NCBI GenBank assembly: GCA_965224245.1
Contig: OZ245046.1
Span: forward strand, 640,001-704,000
Direction: 5' to 3'
DNA: 64,000 bases
DNA from: Candidatus Eiseniibacteriota bacterium
GTDB lineage: Bacteria > Eisenbacteria > RBG-16-71-46 > CAZAMP01
Below, piece by piece: positions 45,675 to 53,911 of this stretch. How positions within the stretch are numbered: the first letter of the stretch is position 1; each line of letters starts with the position of its first letter. A program made the position numbers and the translations under genes. The notes beneath the pieces were generated by a model. The model did not search any database. It was given only the letters and a program-made list of their open reading frames with translations, and was not told the origin of the DNA.

Positions 45675-47264
45675 TTACACCACCTCCACGGAGTCCGGAC
45701 CGGCCGGTGACGGCGGGCCGGCGCGCGGCGTCCGGGGGATCACGATGGTGAAGGTCGAGCCCCTGCCGAGATCGCTCTCGACCTGTATCCGGCCCCCGTG
45801 GCGGCGCATGATGTCGTAGCAGATCGAGAGACCCAGGCTGGAGCCGATGCGGTCGGCCCGTCCCACGAAGCGGGGCTCGAAGATGTGGTCCAGCTGGTCC
45901 TGGGGGATGCCGCAGCCGGTGTCCCCGATCGTCACCGAGACCGCGTCGCCGTCCCGACACGTCCGGATCGTGATCCGGCCCGAGTCCGTGATGGCCTGCG
46001 ACGCGTTGCGCAGGACGTTCAGAAACACCTGGTTCAGCTGCCGCGGATGGCACACCACGGGACCGACGTCACCATACTCCCTGACCACGTCGATCCGATC
46101 TCGGAGCTCGTGCCCGAGCAGCGTCAGCGCGCTGTCGATCCCCTCGTGGATGTCGCACGCCTTGAGGTCGGCCTCGTCGAGACGGGTGAACGAGCGGAGG
46201 CTCTCGACGATGCCGGCGACGCGATCGTTGCCGGCACAGATCACGCGGCTGGCGTCACGGATGACGCGCAGAATCGTCTCCAGAGCCGGATCCGGAGCCG
46301 CACCGGCTCCGCCGCTCGCGAGGTGTCGCTGGAGCTTCGCGACAGCGGAGTCGAGCGTGTCGCACATGCTTCCGATCGCGCCGACCGGAGAGTTGATCTC
46401 GTGCGCGATCCCCCGGACCAGCTTGCCGAGCGCGGCCATCCGCTCGGACTGGATCAGATGCGCTTCCTTCTCCCGGAGCTCGCGATGCGCACGTTCGAGG
46501 TCGAGCTGGACTCGCTTCTTCTCGGTGATGTCCCGGGCGATACCGATGAAGTGGGTCACGCCGCCGTCGCGGTCCTTCAGGCAGGACGCATTGGACGTGT
46601 GCCAGCGCCAGCTCCCGTTCGCGTGCCGGACCCGGTACTCGATCCCCCCGCGCTTCTTCCCGGTCTCGAGCACGGTGTTCAGAAACGTGTAGCAGGCATC
46701 CAGATCGTCGGCGTGGACGAGCGGGGCGAACGGCTCGCCCACGATGTCCGACACGTCGTGACCCAGCACCTCGGTCCAGTTCGGGGAGACGTACGTGAAG
46801 ACCCCCGGGGGGGTCAGCACGTAGATGATGTCGTTCGCGTTCTCGACCAGGCTCCGAAAGCGCTCCTCGCTTCGCCTGAGCGATTCCTCGGCCCACTTGC
46901 GATCGGTGATGTCGTTCAGGCCGGTCACGAGGACGTCTTCGCCGCGCAGCCGGGTCGCGACGATCGAGGCCAGCGCCCATCGCTCGCGTCCGTGCGCCTC
47001 GCGGAGGCGGAGCTCGCGGTTGCCGATCCGTCCGCACCGTTCGATCTCCTCGAGGAGCGTCTGCCGGTCTCCGGGGTCGGCGTAGAACTCCGGCGTCTTC
47101 TGTCCGATGACCTCGGTGGCGGGGACGCCGCCGAACGCGGCGGCACCCTCGTTCGCGTACAGGACGGTGCCGTCGGACCGGCGGCTGATGAGGAGAGGGA
47201 ACGGTGCGGCATCGAGGATCGTGCGCACCACGTCCTGGTCGTCGGTCGGGGGCGCACCCGCCAA
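45675..47264 (-). CDS. Cytoplasmic PAS-PAS histidine kinase (NtrB-like)
   Basis: Two PAS/PAC domains (DITD, DITE), AHEINSP H-box, NQVFLNVLRNA, DTGCGI; no TM segment. Confidence 0.9.
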   Translation of the reverse strand: MAGAPPTDDQDVVRTILDAAPFPLLISRRSDGTVLYANEGAAAFGGVPATEVIGQKTPEFYADPGDRQTLLEEIERCGRIGNRELRLREAHGRERWALASIVATRLRGEDVLVTGLNDITDRKWAEESLRRSEERFRSLVENANDIIYVLTPPGVFTYVSPNWTEVLGHDVSDIVGEPFAPLVHADDLDACYTFLNTVLETGKKRGGIEYRVRHANGSWRWHTSNASCLKDRDGGVTHFIGIARDITEKKRVQLDLERAHRELREKEAHLIQSERMAALGKLVRGIAHEINSPVGAIGSMCDTLDSAVAKLQRHLASGGAGAAPDPALETILRVIRDASRVICAGNDRVAGIVESLRSFTRLDEADLKACDIHEGIDSALTLLGHELRDRIDVVREYGDVGPVVCHPRQLNQVFLNVLRNASQAITDSGRITIRTCRDGDAVSVTIGDTGCGIPQDQLDHIFEPRFVGRADRIGSSLGLSICYDIMRRHGGRIQVESDLGRGSTFTIVIPRTPRAGPPSPAGPDSVEVV

Positions 47265-47316
47265 GGCGACCTCCTCGGGTTCGCGGTACGGCGCGAAGCC
47301 GTCACCGACGGTCGGA

Positions 47317-48198
47317 CTAGCGGAGGATCACGACGCGTGCGGACGTGACCGTCCCCCGGGCCTCGATCTCGACGAGATAGATCCCGCTCGGGAGCCGCCG
47401 GCCGTCCCGATCGTGGGTGTCGAGCACGAACGCGTGCACGCCCGCGCCGACCGATGTCTCGTGCGCGGCCGAGACCCGCCGTCCCGCCGGGTCGATGACC
47501 CGGATGGTCACGTCTCCGGGAGCCGACAGCGCGTAGACGATCTCCGCGCGCGTTCCGATCGCCGGGTTCGGCGTGACCGACAGGACCGACAGCACGTCCG
47601 GTGCGTCGGCGACGTCTCCGACCCCGACCGAGATGCAGTCCGAATCGCCCTCGTCGTAGGCGAGGTCACCGTCGTTGTCCAGCCCCAGACCGTCGCCGTC
47701 CCAGTCCTCGCCGTCGGGTGGCATCGGGGAGCACGGCTCCTTGACGTTCACGTCGTCGCGGAGATAGTGAACGGGACGGACGTCCTCAGGCAGCGGCACC
47801 GGGTCGCCGGGGTGGCAGTTCGCGCAGCGGAGCCCGTTCATGTCGGGCGGCACCCCGCTGGCCGTATGGTGGAGCCGAAGGCCGGCGCCCCAGCCCAGGT
47901 CGGTCCCGTTGTCGCGTCCATGACAGCCGCGGCAGCTCTGGGCCCCCGCGGCGCCGCCCTCGCTCGTGCGCGGATTGTCCCCGACCGACACGTGACAGAG
48001 CAGACACTCGGACGTCATCTGGTCGGGGCCGACGTGAAGGTCGTGGAGTGGACCCCGGCTGATGAATCCCGGATGACAGTCGGCGCATCCGCGCATCCCG
48101 CCCTGAGCCTCGTAGCGTTCGTAGCCGTCGGACGGGGTGGTGACGACCAGGACGAGCAGCAGTCCGGCCGAGACCCCGAGCCTAGAGAGCGCGCGCAC
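47317..48198 (-). CDS. Secreted tetraheme c-type cytochrome with FlgD/T9SS-like CTD
   Basis: Signal peptide; CADCH, CLLCH, CRGCH, CANCH; DWDGDG..DNDGD..DSDC acidic motif; PNP..GRRV..SGIY CTD. Confidence 0.85.
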   Translation of the reverse strand: MRALSRLGVSAGLLLVLVVTTPSDGYERYEAQGGMRGCADCHPGFISRGPLHDLHVGPDQMTSECLLCHVSVGDNPRTSEGGAAGAQSCRGCHGRDNGTDLGWGAGLRLHHTASGVPPDMNGLRCANCHPGDPVPLPEDVRPVHYLRDDVNVKEPCSPMPPDGEDWDGDGLGLDNDGDLAYDEGDSDCISVGVGDVADAPDVLSVLSVTPNPAIGTRAEIVYALSAPGDVTIRVIDPAGRRVSAAHETSVGAGVHAFVLDTHDRDGRRLPSGIYLVEIEARGTVTSARVVILR

Positions 48199-48327
48199 GG
48201 CAGCCTCCGAGGTTCGAGTGGATTCCGCAGACGGGGCCGACCAAGCTTAGCGGGAGGCTCCAGGAGAGCGGCGTAAGGGGTTTCCGAACATCTCGTGCGG
48301 ACTATGTCGTCGTGTCGCCGTCGACCC

Positions 48328-50778
48328 TCAGCGGAGCACGACGAAAGCTCGTGAGGCGGCGTCGCCGGCGCGCACGAAGTAGACGCCGGCCGCGACGTCG
48401 AGCCCGGCCCGGTCGCGACGATCCCAGAGCGCACCGTCACGCGTCGCGGGCAGCACGCGCACCAGCCGGCCGCGCGCGTCGTGGATTCGAAACACGATCT
48501 CGGAGTCGTGCGAGCGCCCCGCGGCGACGAACCGGAGGCCGGTGCTCTCGGCGGTCACCAGGATCCGGGACGCCACGTCCACCGGCGGTGAGTCGGATGG
48601 CCCGGCATCGAGCATGCCGGGCGGTGTCGCGAGGAGCATCACCCACTCCGGCATGCCGGGCGCCTGACGGTGCCAGGTGACCGGAACCGTGCCGGACGGA
48701 CCGATCACGGTGCCGACCTCGCCGGCGGCCTCGACGTCGACGATCCGCCACGGCTCGCCGCTCGGAAGCCCGCGGATCTCGACCGTCGTCATCGTCTCAC
48801 CGTCGTCGCGAAAGAACGTGTAGATGCGGGCGCCGGACTCCAGTGCGATCGCGTGGGCTTCGGGCCGGTCGTAGGCGACGTCGTAGAGGTTCAGCACCTC
48901 GCCGCGCGCCATGTCGTAGCCACGGAGCCGGCCGAGCCACGTCTGCCAGCGGTCGAGCCCGAGATCGTGAGGCGACGTGTACATCGTCGTGAGGACGGCT
49001 CCCACGCCGACGCTGTTGGCGAACGTGCCGCTCAGGTCGTTGTAGTCGATCGGATCCAGATAGCCGTCGCCGACCGGAGCCCCCGGCCCCCGGAGCGCCT
49101 TGGAGAACTTGACCTTCTTGCGGACGTCGACGTCGGTGAAGGGGTCGGACGCGTCCTCGAGGTGGGCGTAGGGCATCTTGTACGGATCGTGCGGACCGGA
49201 GCACTCGCACAGGATGAGCGGCGCGTCGGGAGCCAGCGCCTGCACGGTCTCGTAGATCCCCCGGTACAGCTCGGGGACGGCCTCGACGGCGTCGATCGGA
49301 CGCGCATGCGCGTGCACGGCGTTGTAGCACGGCGGCACCGATCGGAGCGTGCTCCCGTCGAGGTAGATTCCGTCGAAGCCGTACGTGTCCAGGAACCGAA
49401 CGGCCGTGCCGACGATCTCCTCTCGCGCGGGCGGGTACGCCGGACACAGGAATCGATGCGAGCGATCGGTCAGCGGATAGGTGCCGTCGGCGTCCCGGAC
49501 GAGGTACGAGATCGGGATCCCGCAGCCGCTCTCCCAGGCGATCGGATACCACCACGTGTGGATGTCGAACCGCTCGTTCGCGACTCCCCACTGCGCGGTG
49601 TGGACGCTCGAGACGAAGTCCACCAGGTCCGGTTCGCCGGCTGGGAACTTGCCGGGCGCCGTGTTCGGCCGCCACGAGCCGTAGAGATCGAACCAGCCGT
49701 CATCCAGCGCGATCCACGTGATGCCGAGATCGGCGAGCCCGTCCAGCACCCCGACCACGTCGTCGAGCGTGAAGTCGAGGCCGAAGCCCCAGCTCTTCCA
49801 GTACGGCTCGTAGACACGGTCCGGCCAGGGGCCGAACGTCTTCAGCCCGGCGTCCTCGAGCACGGCCTGCAGCATGAGACCGTACCGCCGAGCGGCATCG
49901 AAGTAGTCGCCCCGGTGAGCGACGGCCGCGGTCAGGATGGTCGAGACCGATTCACCGGGCTCGAGCGACTCCGGGAACTGACCGTGGCTCCCGGCGGTCG
50001 GCTGTACGATGGAGACGGCCACCCGTCCGTCGCCGAGAACGCGACAGGGCAGGCCGATGGCACGCGGCCCGGGCTCGAGGCTCATCAGCGCCACGCCGGT
50101 CTCTGCCCCTCGCACGTCGATGAACGGCTGACCGCCACGTCCCTCCGCGTCCGGGCTCACCAGGTCGTTCGCGCGCGAGAACCCCGGTGACAGCGGGACG
50201 TCGAGCCACCAGTCACGCCACTCGCGCGTCGTGGCCTGGACGCTGGTGAACGACCACGGCGCCTCGGCGGGATTGCTGAGCCGTCGATCCAGTCGCAGGT
50301 GGCCGCTGACGAGCGTGGCGATCTGGAGCGGTGTGTCCGCCGAGCCGTTCGCGAACGCGGCCTGCATGACCACGGCGTCGGGATGGTCGTCGTAAACGCG
50401 AAGCGTCAGCGTCTTCTCGATCGGCACGCCGAGCACCGGCGCCTGGCCGCGGAGAGTGAGGCCGAGACCGGAGCCGAAGTGGTCGGCGACGGGCTCGACG
50501 GTCACGCCACCGGGTACGAGAGGAAACAGCGTGTAGTCGGCGCTCCCCACGCGCACGTAGTGGGAGGGGCGCGCGGACACGTCGTCGGCTCGCGAGGTCA
50601 CGATCCGGGCCTCGTCCTCGCCGTCGATCGAGATCAGCCGTAGTCGCATGTCCGTGTCGACGACGACCTTCATGACCGGCGTCGACAGCACGTGCTCGCC
50701 GTCGACGACGGCGTGCTCCACCGCGCCCGTGGGCGCGGCGAGGAGAAACACGAGGGTGAGGAGCGAGTGACGACCCAT
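48328..50778 (-). CDS. Secreted GH36-like alpha-galactosidase with CTD
   Basis: Signal peptide, WKSW, LDDGWF, KFPAG, DGIYLD; WDRRD..GVYFVR CTD. Confidence 0.8.
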   Translation of the reverse strand: MGRHSLLTLVFLLAAPTGAVEHAVVDGEHVLSTPVMKVVVDTDMRLRLISIDGEDEARIVTSRADDVSARPSHYVRVGSADYTLFPLVPGGVTVEPVADHFGSGLGLTLRGQAPVLGVPIEKTLTLRVYDDHPDAVVMQAAFANGSADTPLQIATLVSGHLRLDRRLSNPAEAPWSFTSVQATTREWRDWWLDVPLSPGFSRANDLVSPDAEGRGGQPFIDVRGAETGVALMSLEPGPRAIGLPCRVLGDGRVAVSIVQPTAGSHGQFPESLEPGESVSTILTAAVAHRGDYFDAARRYGLMLQAVLEDAGLKTFGPWPDRVYEPYWKSWGFGLDFTLDDVVGVLDGLADLGITWIALDDGWFDLYGSWRPNTAPGKFPAGEPDLVDFVSSVHTAQWGVANERFDIHTWWYPIAWESGCGIPISYLVRDADGTYPLTDRSHRFLCPAYPPAREEIVGTAVRFLDTYGFDGIYLDGSTLRSVPPCYNAVHAHARPIDAVEAVPELYRGIYETVQALAPDAPLILCECSGPHDPYKMPYAHLEDASDPFTDVDVRKKVKFSKALRGPGAPVGDGYLDPIDYNDLSGTFANSVGVGAVLTTMYTSPHDLGLDRWQTWLGRLRGYDMARGEVLNLYDVAYDRPEAHAIALESGARIYTFFRDDGETMTTVEIRGLPSGEPWRIVDVEAAGEVGTVIGPSGTVPVTWHRQAPGMPEWVMLLATPPGMLDAGPSDSPPVDVASRILVTAESTGLRFVAAGRSHDSEIVFRIHDARGRLVRVLPATRDGALWDRRDRAGLDVAAGVYFVRAGDAASRAFVVLR

Positions 50779-50870
50779 GTGTCGAGTGTACACGAACCGG
50801 GAGTCCGCGATCCACGCGGTAGCCGTGGCGCACCCGTTCGGCGCGGCGAGCGCGGTCGACGGCCGGTGGT

Positions 50871-51551
50871 CTACTCGAACAGCTTCGCCACGATCTGCTC
50901 CACCGGGCCGAGTCGCTCGCGTCGCGCCTCGAGGTCCTCGGCGAGGCGGCGAAGTCCGATGATCCGCTCGCTCGTCGATCCATCGAGCAGCTCGTTCGAC
51001 AGCATGGACAGCGATCGCGTGCCGGCGACGCTCGACATCAACGTGACCAGGATCCGGCAGTGCTCCTCGGGTGGCAATCCCTCGAGCGCGGCCTCGGGGT
51101 CCGCCATGAAGTCCGCGATGACCGGATCCAGGGCGGTCAGGGCCGCCACCCCCTCGGCCAGGTCGGCGTGGGCGTCGGCGCGCCGACCGAGGCGCAGCGC
51201 ACAGAACGCGGTTCCGCTCCACACCGGGGCGAAGAGCGGACGCAGCGCGTCCGGGGTGTCGAGCATCACGGCGCGGACGGAGTCGACGACGGTCATGCAC
51301 CCCGCGCGCTCGTCGTCACCGGCGCCGACCACTGCCGAGGTGATCGCGGAGAACGTGCGCATCGTGCTCGAGAACTCCTCGCAGGATGACGGAGGGTGAG
51401 CGGGAAACCGCTCCAGCAGCCGCTCCGCGAGCCTCCGCGACGAGTCGGCTCGATCAGTCGTGGGCGCGGAGGCTCCGCCGCGTGGCGCGGCGGCCATCGC
51501 GACGAGCGCGAGCATGCACAGCATCCGGCGGACGCCGGAGAATCCCTTCAT
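50871..51551 (-). CDS. Exported helical hypothetical protein
   Basis: Signal-like N-terminus, amphipathic helices, GC3-biased frame; no recognised family. Confidence 0.55.
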   Translation of the reverse strand: MKGFSGVRRMLCMLALVAMAAAPRGGASAPTTDRADSSRRLAERLLERFPAHPPSSCEEFSSTMRTFSAITSAVVGAGDDERAGCMTVVDSVRAVMLDTPDALRPLFAPVWSGTAFCALRLGRRADAHADLAEGVAALTALDPVIADFMADPEAALEGLPPEEHCRILVTLMSSVAGTRSLSMLSNELLDGSTSERIIGLRRLAEDLEARRERLGPVEQIVAKLFE

Positions 51552-51871
51552 GGGCGATGTCTCCGCGGTGGGCAAACGTCGGTCGCTCGTCGCCCCCCCG
51601 GGTGGGGGCGCTCGCACGCCGAACGAGGGTTCGCATGTCTGCGCGCAGCATACACCGGTGCCCAGGTCCGTGACACGCGGGTCTGCGTTCACTCTCGTGA
51701 CGTTTGATTGCCCTTCACGTGAGGAAGCCGGGGCGCCGCGGGTGCTACGCTCTCTCCGCCGTCCGGACGTCTCCCGGGACGGCCTCGCGGATTCCGCGAT
51801 CGAGGAGCGTTCTCATGCACTCCCCAGCAACCCGTTCCTCCGGCGATCTCCGGGTCGAGATCCACGCTCGG

Positions 51872-53818
51872 ATGCGCGCCGGTCATCGCGAGGTGTTCGA
51901 CTTCTCGGTGATCGCCGGGATGCTCGGTCTGGGGGCGCTGCTGGCCGCCGCGCTGCCGGCCGCCGCCGACACCGAATCTCAGACTGACTGGTCCGGGGGG
52001 CCGGACGCGGTGGGGTCGGTCGTGGAGTGGTCCGACCGGTTCATGGCGGTGTCGGACGTGAGCTGGCGATCGATCCCGGGGCAGCTCGTGCTGGCGTCCA
52101 CGGCGGCGCTCCCGGCCGGGGGGCTCGTCATCGACACCGAGCCCAACTGCTACTCGGTCGCGGACGGAGACGTCGACGGCGACGGGGACCTCGATCTTCT
52201 CTCCGCCCTGCCGCTCACGTCGTTCCCGGGCACGGGCGTCGTGCGCTGGTACGAGAACGATGGGGCGGCCGGCGGCTGGACGCTTCACGTCGTGGACGAC
52301 GACTTCTACGGCGGCTACGCGGCGGCGGCCGCCGATCTCGACGCGGACGGCGATCTGGACGTCGTGGCCGCCGCGTTCTACGACAGGTCCGACGACGAGC
52401 GAAACGGGCGCTACACCTGGTACGAGAACCTGGATGGCGCGGGCACGTCGTGGCAGAAGCGGCTGATCGGCGACCAGTTCTACGGCACCGAGAACGTCGC
52501 GACCGCCGACATCGACGGTGACGGCGATCTCGACGTGTACGGAAGCTCGTCGCTCACGTACCTCCTGAGCCAGAACGACGACATCCGGTGGTTCGAGAAC
52601 GTGATGGGTGACGGAACGGTGTGGACGCAGCACACCGTGGACGACAGCTTCCCCGACGCGATCGAGGCCGATGCCGAGGACATGGACGGCGATGGTGACC
52701 TGGACATCGTGAGCGTGGCGTACGGCGCCCACGATCTCGCGTGGTGGGAGAACACCGACGGCCTCGGCGTGTCGTGGGCGAAGCACCTCATCTCCGACTT
52801 CACGCTGGTGGACGGCGCGGTGGACGCCGAGGATCTCGACGGCGACGGAGACGCGGACATCATCGCGGTCGGATTCAACGCGTCCGTCGCCGCCTGGTAC
52901 GAGAACCTCGACGGCGTGGGGGGAAGCTGGGCCGGTCGCGCGATCGGTGCGCTCACCGAGGGCTACGACGTCGTCGTCGACGACCTCGACGGCGACGGCC
53001 GGCTGGACGTCCTCGCCTGCAACTCGGATCTCGACTTCTCCGAGGTCGTCTGGTACCGGAACCTCGGCGGCGCGGCCGCGTGGTCCCGACACACCGTGAA
53101 CCTCGGCCACGATCGCGGGACGCGCGTCATCGCGTCCGACCTCGACGGCGACGGGGCCCTGGAGGCGGTGTTCACCGAGGGAGGAGCCAGCGCCGAGGAC
53201 GTCGCCGGACTTCATCGCTGGACGTTCACGTCGTTCCTGGGTGCCGGCGAGCTGGACTCCCAGGTGCTGGATGCGGGCGGGGCCACCACGTGGGAGTCGA
53301 TCGCGTGGGATGCCCACATGCCCGCCGGCACGTCGCTGACCTTCCAGATTCGCACCGGCGACGACCCGGACGCGCTGGGACCGTGGTCGGCCGATATCAC
53401 CGATCCGGGCTCGCTGGCCGGGATCGTCACCCCGGACACGCGCTACGTGCAGGTCCGGACGCGTCTGGCCTCGGCCGACCCCGCCGCGTCGCCGTTCGTC
53501 TTCGACCTCGCGATCAGCACCGACGCGTTCGTCGTCGCGAGCGACCCCGACCTCACGCCACCCGGGACCATGCGGCTCGTCGTGCCCAGTCCGGTCGCCC
53601 GTGCGGCACGTGTGACGCTGATCGCGAGCCCGACGGACCCCGTGCAGGTCGACGTCGTCGACGTGAGCGGTCGGCGCGTCGCGACGCCGATCACCGTCGC
53701 AGACGCGGTTGCCGGTCGGCGTCGGTTCGAGCTCCCGGCGCTCCCGCCCGGTGTCTACTACGTGAGCGCGCGTTCGGGCGCGCAGCGCATCACCCGGCCG
53801 CTCGTGGTCGTGCGGTAG
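51872..53818 (+). CDS. Secreted FG-GAP/VCBS repeat protein with T9SS-like CTD
   Basis: Seven D(L/V/I/M)DGDG(D)xD repeats with WYEN; CTD ending PGVYYV..LVVVR. The start is approximate. Confidence 0.88.
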   Translation: MRAGHREVFDFSVIAGMLGLGALLAAALPAAADTESQTDWSGGPDAVGSVVEWSDRFMAVSDVSWRSIPGQLVLASTAALPAGGLVIDTEPNCYSVADGDVDGDGDLDLLSALPLTSFPGTGVVRWYENDGAAGGWTLHVVDDDFYGGYAAAAADLDADGDLDVVAAAFYDRSDDERNGRYTWYENLDGAGTSWQKRLIGDQFYGTENVATADIDGDGDLDVYGSSSLTYLLSQNDDIRWFENVMGDGTVWTQHTVDDSFPDAIEADAEDMDGDGDLDIVSVAYGAHDLAWWENTDGLGVSWAKHLISDFTLVDGAVDAEDLDGDGDADIIAVGFNASVAAWYENLDGVGGSWAGRAIGALTEGYDVVVDDLDGDGRLDVLACNSDLDFSEVVWYRNLGGAAAWSRHTVNLGHDRGTRVIASDLDGDGALEAVFTEGGASAEDVAGLHRWTFTSFLGAGELDSQVLDAGGATTWESIAWDAHMPAGTSLTFQIRTGDDPDALGPWSADITDPGSLAGIVTPDTRYVQVRTRLASADPAASPFVFDLAISTDAFVVASDPDLTPPGTMRLVVPSPVARAARVTLIASPTDPVQVDVVDVSGRRVATPITVADAVAGRRRFELPALPPGVYYVSARSGAQRITRPLVVVR

Positions 53819-53911
53819 CGCGTGCGGGTCGGTGACGGAACGGCCCCGCCGCTCCGGACCGTCCCGTGACGCCGGAGGCCGGCCGGCGACGTCACGCCCG
53901 CACCGCGACCA

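Noticed and set aside
52160-53170. Recurring GACGGCGACGG DNA repeats
   Set aside because: They simply encode FG-GAP protein repeats. There is no template/variable repeat pair and no reverse transcriptase.
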